Positions 18,675-27,229 of a stretch of DNA of 60,778 nt are shown in pieces. The notes under the pieces are model-generated. The model had not been told where the DNA came from, made no database searches, and was given only the letters and a program-made list of their open reading frames with translations. The DNA is from Patescibacteria group bacterium. Its GTDB lineage: Bacteria; Patescibacteriota; Minisyncoccia; UBA6257; 1-14-0-10-40-38. The position numbers and the translations under genes are program-made. Within the stretch, counting starts at the first letter, position 1. Every line of letters starts with the position of its first letter. The stretch covers positions 259,278 through 320,055 of the forward strand of contig JBBTRX010000002.1 in assembly GCA_038064975.1 (NCBI GenBank). The letters are read 5' to 3'.

Positions 18675-19934
18675 ATGCAACAAAAGAAGAAAGTTTTAGT
18701 CCCTATTCTTAACAGAGCTCACTACGGAAGACTTCGTTCAGTGTTGAAATCCATACAATCTCACGAGAGCCTTGAATTGCAAATTGTCGTGGGAATATCT
18801 AACGCTTACGGTAGCTTTTGGGAGATGATACGGTACAGTAAGCCGTATTCTTGGCGCATAGCTTTGGCGTGGTATGTGCGTGCAAAACTAATTTTTCTAA
18901 AAAGCATTTTTTGGCCAAATGCTCTTGGTCATGATTTTTTAGTTCGTAATATTACCAAAGACGGTTTTACCGTTAACGCAACAGTCCCTTTATTTTTAGA
19001 CGGAGGATCTTCAGAGACTATGGCTAATGTTGTAGGGCTTGGAATTCCTAAAATCGTTCGTATTTTTACAAAACTTAAACCCGATGTCGTTTTTATTAAT
19101 GCTGATAGATTTGAGATGATGGCAATCACTATTGCCGCCGCGTATCTCAACATTCCGATAGCTCATAATGAAGGAGGGGACGTAACGGGAACGATTGATG
19201 AAAGTATTCGTCATGCTATTACAAAATTTGCTCATTATCATTTTACTTCAACATTTAAAAGTAGGGATCGTGTTATTCGTATGGGAGAAAATCCAGAATA
19301 TGTTTTTGCGGTTGGGTCGCCAGCTATAGACGTTATCCAAAATATTAGCAGGACACCGAATCAAGATATTATTCCAGGACATGATTTTGAGAAGCCTTAT
19401 CTTGTCGTCTTATTGCATTCTGTAGCAACCGAGAATCATGAACAAAATAAAATTCTTGTGCAAAGCGTTGTTGATGCTGTGGATGAGATACGTATGCCTA
19501 CTATTTTTCTGGGATCCAATATGGATGCTGGATCAAATGTCATTGGTGAAATTACTCGGAATTGGCAAGCAACTAAAGATACATCCTATGTTGTTTTTAA
19601 AAAACATCTTCCTCCTGATGATTTTTACCAAATATTATCGAGCGCCGCGTGCGCCGTGGGCAATTCATCAAGTTTTATTCGTGAAGCCGCTTTTTTTGGA
19701 ACACCAGTCGTCTTAATTGGTTCTCGGCAATCTAGGCGTGAACGAGGAAAAAACGTTGTTGATGTCATTATTCCCGAGAAAAGACAGATTGTAGAGACTA
19801 TACAGGGCCAGATCCAACGGGGACGCTATGAACCTGATTATATTTTTGGTGAGGGTCGTGCTGGTGAAAAAATTGCAACACTTCTTGCAAATCTCAAGGT
19901 TCCACCAATACAGAAAAATTTTTATGAATCGTAA
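18675..19934 (+). CDS. neuC: UDP-N-acetylglucosamine 2-epimerase (hydrolysing), NeuC-type
   Basis: KVLVPILNRAHYGRL, ADRFEMMAITIAAAYLNIPIAHNEGGDVTGTIDESIRHAITKFAHYHF and GNSSSFIREAAFFGTPVVLIG match the NeuC/SiaA family. There is an apparent extra segment of about 35 aa after the first strand-helix. An alternative start is ATG 18648. Confidence 0.8.
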   Translation: MQQKKKVLVPILNRAHYGRLRSVLKSIQSHESLELQIVVGISNAYGSFWEMIRYSKPYSWRIALAWYVRAKLIFLKSIFWPNALGHDFLVRNITKDGFTVNATVPLFLDGGSSETMANVVGLGIPKIVRIFTKLKPDVVFINADRFEMMAITIAAAYLNIPIAHNEGGDVTGTIDESIRHAITKFAHYHFTSTFKSRDRVIRMGENPEYVFAVGSPAIDVIQNISRTPNQDIIPGHDFEKPYLVVLLHSVATENHEQNKILVQSVVDAVDEIRMPTIFLGSNMDAGSNVIGEITRNWQATKDTSYVVFKKHLPPDDFYQILSSAACAVGNSSSFIREAAFFGTPVVLIGSRQSRRERGKNVVDVIIPEKRQIVETIQGQIQRGRYEPDYIFGEGRAGEKIATLLANLKVPPIQKNFYES

Positions 19935-20658
19935 TGTGCGTATTCTGGGAGTAATTACTGCCCGTGGAGGATCAAAAGGTATTCCTGGAAAGAACATAAA
20001 GCCCCTCTTGGGAAAACCTCTACTTGCATATACTATTGAAGCCGCAAAAAAGTCGGGTGTGTTTGATCGCCTCGTTCTTTCCACGGACGATCAGATAATT
20101 GCAAATGTAGCTAAGGAATACGGATGTGAAGTTCCGTTTCTGCGTCCTAAAACAGAGGAACTTGCTGGTGACAAGGCCTCACATTTAGAAGTAATGAAAC
20201 ACGCGGTCCAGTGGCTGAAATCCAATGAAGAATATGAGCCGGATTACGTGATGATTCTTCAGCCGACTTCGCCGCTCCGCCAACCGGAACAGATTAAGGA
20301 ATCGGTCGATCTGATTCAAAAAACCGGAGTTGATTCGGTTTTAAGCGTTTCGGAAATATCAGAAAATTTTCACTATAGAAAAGCTATGGTATTAAATGGC
20401 GAAGGAATTCTGAAGTTGATTACTCCAACCGGAGAACCTATCTATAAAAGAATTGCCCGACGGCAGGATTTGGAAAAAATTTATTGGAGCGTCGGGTCCA
20501 TCTATCTTTTTAAAACATCTCTTCTTGAGAAGGGGAATTTTTATGGAGAAAAGACCGCGCCAATTTTTATCGATCCTAAATTCGTTTGCGATATTAATGT
20601 TCCAGCTGACTGGGAGGTTGCGGAAAAGATGATGCGCGATTTGCAGTCCAGAAAATAA
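19924..20658 (+). CDS. neuA: acylneuraminate cytidylyltransferase (CMP-sialic acid synthetase)
   Basis: RILGVITARGGSKGIPGKNIKPLLGKPLLAYTIEAA is the CMP-NeuAc/CMP-Kdo synthetase P-loop-like signature. ATG 19924 overlaps the neuC stop by 11 nt; the upstream ORF-track extension is not credible. Confidence 0.85.
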   Translation: MNRNVRILGVITARGGSKGIPGKNIKPLLGKPLLAYTIEAAKKSGVFDRLVLSTDDQIIANVAKEYGCEVPFLRPKTEELAGDKASHLEVMKHAVQWLKSNEEYEPDYVMILQPTSPLRQPEQIKESVDLIQKTGVDSVLSVSEISENFHYRKAMVLNGEGILKLITPTGEPIYKRIARRQDLEKIYWSVGSIYLFKTSLLEKGNFYGEKTAPIFIDPKFVCDINVPADWEVAEKMMRDLQSRK

Positions 20659-20686
20659 TAGTTCGACAAGCTCGCTATAAAAAAAT

Positions 20687-21658
20687 ATGAAATTCGTAAC
20701 TTTAATTACCGAGCCAAAGGATTACTCACCAAAAGCGTTAGATCTTTATCAATCTATCGGCGAGGTTTATGAATTATCTGAAGCCGAGGCAGTGAAAAAA
20801 GAAGGGCCAAAATTCAATGCCGATATTTTAGTATTACGTCTCAAATACCTGATCGATAAATCCTGGCTGGATAAACTACCGAATCTTAAGGTGATTGCCA
20901 CTCCGACTACTGGCTTAAATCATGTGGATATGGCCGAAGCCGAGAAGCGGGGCATCAAGATAATTTCTCTTCGGGGCCACGCCTCATTTTTAGATAAGAT
21001 TACTTCTACGGCCGAAGAAACGGTAGGTTTGATGATTGCCCTAGTCCGGAAACTTCCTTGGGCTTTTGAATATGTTAAACAGGGCGGTTGGGTAGATCGC
21101 GATCGTTTTCGGGGACGACAACTCGTCGGAAAAACTATCGGCATATTAGGCTTGGGCCGCTTGGGTAAGATGGTGGCGCGATATGCGCAGGCGATGGGAA
21201 TGAAAGTTATTGCCGCCGATCCAAATATCAGTGAATCGGCCATGAAAGAGCTCGGAGTGGAAAAAGTAGAGACGGATCAACTCTTTAAAGTTTCGGATAT
21301 TGTGTCTGTCCATGTTTTATTGACTGACGAAACGAAAAATATTTTCAAAGAAGCCCACCTTAAAATGATGAAGCCGACCGCGTATTTAATTAACACGGCC
21401 CGCGCCGAGATTATCGAAAAGGGTGCTCTCGAAAAAGCGCTTGAAGAAAGGTGGATCGCGGGAGCAGCAATTGATGTGATGTGGGGGGAAGAAGGTGGTC
21501 TTGGATTCGAGCAGGTTTTAAAAAACGAACCTCTTTGGCAGTACGCGCAGAGCCACGACAATTTACTGATTGTTCCGCATATCGGAGGCGCGGCTTACGA
21601 AGCAATGTGGGCGACTGAAGAATTCATTGCTGATCTGGTGCGGAAAGCGATGAAATAA
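20687..21658 (+). CDS. D-isomer-specific 2-hydroxyacid dehydrogenase (NAD-binding; PGDH/glycerate dehydrogenase-like)
   Basis: GKTIGILGLGRLGKMVARYA dinucleotide fold, NTARAEIIE and IVPHIGGA catalytic Arg/Glu/His pattern. Confidence 0.8.
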   Translation: MKFVTLITEPKDYSPKALDLYQSIGEVYELSEAEAVKKEGPKFNADILVLRLKYLIDKSWLDKLPNLKVIATPTTGLNHVDMAEAEKRGIKIISLRGHASFLDKITSTAEETVGLMIALVRKLPWAFEYVKQGGWVDRDRFRGRQLVGKTIGILGLGRLGKMVARYAQAMGMKVIAADPNISESAMKELGVEKVETDQLFKVSDIVSVHVLLTDETKNIFKEAHLKMMKPTAYLINTARAEIIEKGALEKALEERWIAGAAIDVMWGEEGGLGFEQVLKNEPLWQYAQSHDNLLIVPHIGGAAYEAMWATEEFIADLVRKAMK

Positions 21659-21660
21659 AT

Positions 21661-21861
21661 ATGGGAGCCTATATTCCAAAAAACGAAATTGAGAGGGCGC
21701 TTTCGAATATTCCGGTGAAAGGAAAAAAGTTGCTTGAGCCGATAAAATCATTTTTAGTGAAAGCCGTAATCGACACGCCCGGGAAGGTTTCAATTTACAC
21801 TCCGGTATACAGTGGGGTTTTTTGTTTTAAATTAGATTTATGTTGCTCTGGTTTGTTTTAG
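21661..21861 (+). CDS. hypothetical small protein (66 aa), doubtful
   Basis: ATG lies 3 nt after the dehydrogenase stop and the ORF fills the otherwise 181-nt gap. Its end overlaps the DMT transporter start by 22 nt. No recognisable motif. Confidence 0.25.
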   Translation: MGAYIPKNEIERALSNIPVKGKKLLEPIKSFLVKAVIDTPGKVSIYTPVYSGVFCFKLDLCCSGLF

Positions 21862-22742
21862 CGCTTGGTTCGGCGGTTTCCAATTCCGCCGTACAGGCAA
21901 TCCAAAAGTGGGCGGTGGCGAGTAGTCGTTACTCTAAGTTCACAATCGGATTAGCAGTACATCTTTTGGCCGGATTTATATTATTAATTGCGACCTATTT
22001 TTTTCTTGGCGTGCCAGTCTTGCAGGAAGGTTTTTGGTTCGCGGCCGTCGTAACATCGATCTTGAATGTACTTGCCTTTCCGATCATGTTACGGGCCTAT
22101 GAGCTGGGAGAATTTTCCGCCGTATATTCAATGATTTTGCTGACGCCCGCTTTTCTGCTCGTGACCTCGTTTTTATTTCTGGGAGAGATTCCGTCATTGA
22201 TGGGTTTGGTGGGAGTTCTACTGACTATTCTCGGCCTTTGGGTAGTGAGCCGAAGTAATTATATTCATTCTGCCGTTCCCGATTTTGCTAAGGGAAATTG
22301 GCTTGGGATTATAGTTGCCCTAATCTACTCGATCACGGTCAATTTCGATAAATTAGCTGCTTCTCGCTCCAGCGCTTTTTTCGCTCCCGCCGTTGAGTTG
22401 CTTATAATGTCGGTCGGTTTCGCAGTCTATTTGCTACTACGACACAAAAAATTAGTAGTTTGTCTGCCTCACGCCGAGGCCACGGTTAACGGCCAAACGG
22501 TGAGAGCGGTACCAAAGGCCTTCATTTTACTATTGCTCGGAGTGGTGATGGCCGGCGCTCTTATTTTGCACAACGCCGCATTGTTAACAGGTCTCGCCTC
22601 GTATACTATAGCTATCAAGCGAGTGGGCGTTTTGCTCGGCGTTATTTGGGGTTGGCTGTTTTTTAAAGAGAAATATTTAGGAAAGAAACTGCTTGGTTCT
22701 GCTATTGCTATTGTCGGTGTAGTTATTATATTGTGGTCATGA
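21840..22742 (+). CDS. EamA/DMT-superfamily transporter
   Basis: A 300-aa protein with about 10 TM in two similar halves (EamA-like), ending ...GSAIAIVGVVIILWS. Confidence 0.7.
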   Translation: MLLWFVLALGSAVSNSAVQAIQKWAVASSRYSKFTIGLAVHLLAGFILLIATYFFLGVPVLQEGFWFAAVVTSILNVLAFPIMLRAYELGEFSAVYSMILLTPAFLLVTSFLFLGEIPSLMGLVGVLLTILGLWVVSRSNYIHSAVPDFAKGNWLGIIVALIYSITVNFDKLAASRSSAFFAPAVELLIMSVGFAVYLLLRHKKLVVCLPHAEATVNGQTVRAVPKAFILLLLGVVMAGALILHNAALLTGLASYTIAIKRVGVLLGVIWGWLFFKEKYLGKKLLGSAIAIVGVVIILWS

Positions 22743-22751
22743 ATTAGCGCC

Positions 22752-23867
22752 ATGAATTCCAATCAAATTTGGGACAAAATTCAAAAAGGAGTATTTATAA
22801 TCGCAGAGATTGGTAAGAACTTTATCCAAACCGAGGAGCCCCAATCAGTAGAGGTTTATTTGGAGAACGCAAAAAAGTTAGTTGATCGGGCGGTGGAGGC
22901 TGGAGTGGACGCGGTAAAATTCCAAACCCACAATGTTGAGGACGAGCAATTGAATATCAACGTGACCTCGTCGCATTTTAAAGGAAGCGATCGTTATAGC
23001 TGGGTGATGCGCAACACCCTCGCTACTCCAGTGGACAAATTTTGGAAACCGCTAAAAGAATATTGCGAAAAAAGGGGGATTATTTTTTTCTCCACTCCGA
23101 TGAGTCGGGGTGCGGCGAAAATTCTCAATGAGCAGGTTGGCGTCGAGTTTTGGAAAATTGGCTCGGGAGATATTTTGGATTTTGTGATGCTAGACTATCT
23201 CCGCGAGACCGGAAAGCCGATTATTATTTCTTCTGGCATGAGTACGCTTGAAGAGGTGGAAAAAGCAGTCAATTTTCTTTTAGAAAAAAATCCTCAAGTT
23301 GCTTTATTGCATTGTGTTTCTAAATACCCTTGCCCACCAGAAGAATTGCATCTGCGAACGATTGATTTTTATCAAAAGCGATTTAACTTGCCGATCGGAT
23401 TCTCTGATCATTCGGTGGGCATCGAGTCTTCGATTGTAGCTGTTGCTATGGGCGCAAAAGTTCTAGAAAAACATTTTTCGATGTCCCGTGATCTCTGGGG
23501 CTCGGATCACAAAGTTTCAATGACCCCTCAAGAATTAAAAGATTTAGTTGTCGGAACCAAAGAAGTTGTCGTGAATGCTGCTAAGCGCAACGAAGTTTTA
23601 AACAGCGATTTTGCCAAACGCAGTCTGGTGGGCGAGGGTAAGGTTTTGCAGGAAGGCGAGGCGGTGTTCCGTCCGTTATTTAGAAAATCACTTATGGCCG
23701 GAAGAGATATCCCCGTAGGTACGATTCTGACATCGGAAATGATATATGCTATGCGCCCCCAACAATATGCAGACGGTTTGCCATCGGAGCAATATGAGGC
23801 CGTACTGGGAAAACGGACGCGTGTTGAACTTAAAAAATACGATCCTATTAAGATGGGGACTTTTTAA
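22752..23867 (+). CDS. neuB: N-acetylneuraminate (nonulosonate) synthase, NeuB family with C-terminal SAF domain
   Basis: FIIAEIGKNF, VDAVKFQTH, GFSDHSVG and LEKHFS (metal-binding His residues), plus a C-terminal SAF/antifreeze-like domain (GRDIPVGTILTSEMIYAMRP). The usual N-H of IAEIGxNH is replaced by N-F. Confidence 0.8.
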   Translation: MNSNQIWDKIQKGVFIIAEIGKNFIQTEEPQSVEVYLENAKKLVDRAVEAGVDAVKFQTHNVEDEQLNINVTSSHFKGSDRYSWVMRNTLATPVDKFWKPLKEYCEKRGIIFFSTPMSRGAAKILNEQVGVEFWKIGSGDILDFVMLDYLRETGKPIIISSGMSTLEEVEKAVNFLLEKNPQVALLHCVSKYPCPPEELHLRTIDFYQKRFNLPIGFSDHSVGIESSIVAVAMGAKVLEKHFSMSRDLWGSDHKVSMTPQELKDLVVGTKEVVVNAAKRNEVLNSDFAKRSLVGEGKVLQEGEAVFRPLFRKSLMAGRDIPVGTILTSEMIYAMRPQQYADGLPSEQYEAVLGKRTRVELKKYDPIKMGTF

Positions 23868-23923
23868 TAGAGAGGTTTCTTTTTTAAAACAAATCAGATA
23901 GTATGACGGTTATATAAGATATC

Positions 23924-24859
23924 ATGGAAAATCCTAAAATTGGCATCATCGGACTTGGTTGGATAGGAATGCAGTTCAAGCGATATTTTGAAGAGGTACA
24001 AAAACATACTCGCGGAGCTGATCTTTTTTTGTACGATACTGATATAAAAAAGGATTTTTTTGATGACATTGGAAAGGCAGATGTTGTATTTTTATGTTTG
24101 CCCACACCCCGGAATTCAAAGGACGGTTCATGTGATACGTCTATTGTTGAAGATGGTATTCGTCGTTTGGAAGGCTCTGGAGAAAAAGTTGTCGTAATCA
24201 AGTCAACGGTATCTCCTGGGACGACGGAGGGATTTCAAAATAAATATCCCCAACATAAATTTCTTTTTAGCCCCGAATTTTTAACGGAAAGTCGTGCATG
24301 GGAAGATATGCTGAGACCTGATCGTCAGATAGTCGGATTTACTAAGAAAAGTCTTGATGCTGCTCATTTTATTTTATCGCTTTTACCAAAAGCTCCCTTT
24401 ATGTCTCCGTGGGGAATAAATACGTATAAACAGACCCGTATCACAGCAACTGAAGCGGAATTTATCAAGTATGCGGCAAATGTATATTTTGTAAGAAAGG
24501 TGAATTGGGCAAATGCGCTTGCGGCGGCTGCAGAGAAGTTGGGGGTGAGCTATGAACATATTCGTCAGGGCATGTCGGCAGATCATCGAATTGGCGATTC
24601 TCATTTGGATGTGACACACGGTGGGTATCGTGGTTGGGGAGGATATTGTTTCCCAAAAGATCTTGACGCGTTTATTAGTTTTGCAAGATCAAATAAGCTC
24701 GATATGACTACTGCTTTGCTTTCGGCAGATAAATCTTTTAATGAAGAACTTCTAAGGAGTCAAGAATTAACGCTTGAACAGGTCAGTGCTCATATTAATA
24801 TTCTTGAAGACCGTTTAAAGGGATTACGTGAACAGCGTGAAAAATTTGGATTGAAATAG
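23924..24859 (+). CDS. UDP-glucose/GDP-mannose dehydrogenase-family protein, short form without the C-terminal UDP-binding domain
   Basis: KIGIIGLGWIG Rossmann motif, CLPTP, SPEFLTESRAWEDMLRPDRQIVG and the catalytic-Cys motif GGYCFPKD. The protein ends about 55 aa after that motif in a predicted coiled tail, at 311 aa. Confidence 0.65.
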   Translation: MENPKIGIIGLGWIGMQFKRYFEEVQKHTRGADLFLYDTDIKKDFFDDIGKADVVFLCLPTPRNSKDGSCDTSIVEDGIRRLEGSGEKVVVIKSTVSPGTTEGFQNKYPQHKFLFSPEFLTESRAWEDMLRPDRQIVGFTKKSLDAAHFILSLLPKAPFMSPWGINTYKQTRITATEAEFIKYAANVYFVRKVNWANALAAAAEKLGVSYEHIRQGMSADHRIGDSHLDVTHGGYRGWGGYCFPKDLDAFISFARSNKLDMTTALLSADKSFNEELLRSQELTLEQVSAHINILEDRLKGLREQREKFGLK

Positions 24860-24874
24860 AAGATTGAAATAGAA
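24849..24874. repeat. perfect 13-nt tandem duplication GATTGAAATAGAA x2 spanning the stop codon
   Basis: Copies at 24849-24861 and 24862-24874 are identical. The TAG stop of the preceding gene (24857-24859) lies inside copy 1. Confidence 0.8.
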
Positions 24875-24988
24875 GGTTGTTGAATTTCTATAAAATATTG
24901 GAAAGATTAGTATTAAAATGATCCCTTGTTTCATTAAAGTTCCTCTTGTTATTCTTTCGTACCTTGATATACTACTGACTATTCTGAC

Positions 24989-27229
24989 ATGAACAACAAT
25001 ATTCTTCTTTCAATATATCTGAACAGCATTAAGGCATTACTATTTTCTGTCGCTTTCTTGCCCTTACTGATTTCACAATCAATGCTGTTCCCCTATATTA
25101 CGGGAAGAAATTTTGGATTCCGTATTTTAGTTGAAATTGCTTTAGTGCTCTGGGTTGGGCTTGTAGTTTTGAATCGTGATTATCTTCCAAAAAAATCAAT
25201 CCTGCTTTGGGCTATAGTATTGTTTTTAGCCATCATCGGTATCGCAAACCTTCTTGGCGTTGATAGTTACGATAGCTTTTGGTCCCGTTATGAACGGATG
25301 GAGGGATACATAGGACTTCTTCATTTTGGAGTTTATTTTATAATCGCTTCTTCGGTATTACGATCCAAGAAAGATTGGAAGATATTTTTTACCTTCATTC
25401 TTTTCGCCGGATTTTTGGTTGGAATTTTTGCTTTACAGCAAAAAATAAGCGGAACAGGCTCAATTCAAGGAGGGAGTCGCGTTGATGGGACGATCGGAAA
25501 TCCAACGTACCTTGCTGCGTATTCATTGTTCTTACTTGGTCTTAGTCTTGTGATGTGGCACAATGCACGCCAAAAATGGCTACGCTATATTTTTACCGGA
25601 GGAGCTTTGTTTTTTCTTCTTATTATCTATCTTACGGCAAGCCGTGGCCCTCTTTTAGCGTTAGGGGGAGTCGCATTTCTTTTCCCTATTTTATTTCTTT
25701 TATTTGGCGAAAGTGAACAGCGGAGAAAGTATAAAAAATACGCATTCGGGCTCCTTGCAGGACTCATTCTTCTCATAGGTGGCTTCTGGTTTATCAAAGA
25801 TTCTATGTTTGTTGAGTCAAGTCCGATTCTTTCCAGATTCGCGAGTATTTCTCTTACAGATAAAACAACACGATCGCGCCTTATGATTTGGAATATGGCG
25901 TGGCAAGGATTTAAAGAACGGCCAGTTTTTGGTTGGGGTCAGGAGAATTATATTCATGTTTTCGCAAAATATTACAATCCGAAATTATTTGATCAGGAAC
26001 CATGGTTTGATCGCGCCCATAGTGTCGTTTTTGATTGGATGATTAATGGCGGATTTTTAGGTATTGTTTCATATTTTTCTTTATTTGGTGTCGCATTTAT
26101 GCTGTTATGGAAATTAAAAAAGAAGGGCACACTCTCTTTTTTTGAGGCAGTTATTTTTGCACTTACCCTACTTGCTTATTTTACTCAAAATCTTCTTGTC
26201 TTTGATAATTTTACGACGTACTTTTTATTCTTTTCTGTGTTGGCATATCTCCATGCGCTTTCTCATGATTCGGATACGAAGATAGATATTCATCGAAGCG
26301 TCATGGCAGTGCCATCACTTCTTGCTTCTGGCACAATGTTAGTTGTCATACTATTGCCATTTTATTTTATTAATGTCCGACCCATTCTTGCTTCCCAGAA
26401 ATTAATTGGCGTACTACAATCTCTCACGTCGTCGGAAACAACTCCAGCGAGTGTCCGTAAATCTCTTGAAGATGCTCTCGCGTATAATTCATTTGGTAAC
26501 ACAGAGATTAATGATCAAATGGCGCGTTTGGCAGTTCAACTTTCTCGTGTAGAAAAAATTTCAATCCAAGAAAAGGTTGAGTTTGCAAAATTCACGATCA
26601 TGAGCTTAGAGTCAAGGATTGAACGGCATCCCAACGATCTACGAACCCATCTTATGTTGGGAGATCTCTATAATCAGTTCGCGACCATTGATCCGAGCTA
26701 TCCCAAAAAAGGAGAGGATCATATTCGTAAAGCGATTACATTAAGTCCAAATCGACAGACCACATATTTTCTCCTAGCGGATAATCTCATTTTACAGAAT
26801 AATTCTAATGAGGCTATTAATGTATTGCGTGAAGCAGTTGATTTAGAGCCAACATTTATCGTTGCTCAAGCGAACCTCGCTTTTATTGCGGAAAATTTTA
26901 ACAGATCGGATGTAGCAAACGAAGTACTCGCAGACCTTTATGAAATTATTGGATCAGATTACCGTTCTTATGATGCTGCGGTCGCGCTCAAGCGTATGGG
27001 GGATTTCTATATTAGCCAACAAAGATTCTCCAATGCTCTACAATGGTATAAATTAGTAATTCAGACCGATCCTGGACAAGCTGAGACTAGAGCCAATATT
27101 GCTGCACTTTATCTTAAAAATGGCGATAAAGAGGAGGCGATTTTTCAAGCGAAAAAAGCAGCTGAACTTGACCCACAAAATTACGCGGCGCAAACAAAGG
27201 AATTTCTTAAGAATATTGGCGCTAATTAA
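24989..27229 (+). CDS. O-antigen ligase/polymerase-like (Wzy_C) membrane protein fused to a C-terminal TPR-repeat domain
   Basis: Polytopic N-terminal roughly 450 aa with YLTASRGPLLALGG (Wzy_C core) and a large loop (RSRLMIWNMAWQGFKERPVFGWGQENY). The C-terminal roughly 280 aa carries TPR-like repeats (...AITLSPNRQTTYFLLADNLILQNNSNEAINVLREAVDLEP...). Confidence 0.75.
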   Translation: MNNNILLSIYLNSIKALLFSVAFLPLLISQSMLFPYITGRNFGFRILVEIALVLWVGLVVLNRDYLPKKSILLWAIVLFLAIIGIANLLGVDSYDSFWSRYERMEGYIGLLHFGVYFIIASSVLRSKKDWKIFFTFILFAGFLVGIFALQQKISGTGSIQGGSRVDGTIGNPTYLAAYSLFLLGLSLVMWHNARQKWLRYIFTGGALFFLLIIYLTASRGPLLALGGVAFLFPILFLLFGESEQRRKYKKYAFGLLAGLILLIGGFWFIKDSMFVESSPILSRFASISLTDKTTRSRLMIWNMAWQGFKERPVFGWGQENYIHVFAKYYNPKLFDQEPWFDRAHSVVFDWMINGGFLGIVSYFSLFGVAFMLLWKLKKKGTLSFFEAVIFALTLLAYFTQNLLVFDNFTTYFLFFSVLAYLHALSHDSDTKIDIHRSVMAVPSLLASGTMLVVILLPFYFINVRPILASQKLIGVLQSLTSSETTPASVRKSLEDALAYNSFGNTEINDQMARLAVQLSRVEKISIQEKVEFAKFTIMSLESRIERHPNDLRTHLMLGDLYNQFATIDPSYPKKGEDHIRKAITLSPNRQTTYFLLADNLILQNNSNEAINVLREAVDLEPTFIVAQANLAFIAENFNRSDVANEVLADLYEIIGSDYRSYDAAVALKRMGDFYISQQRFSNALQWYKLVIQTDPGQAETRANIAALYLKNGDKEEAIFQAKKAAELDPQNYAAQTKEFLKNIGAN

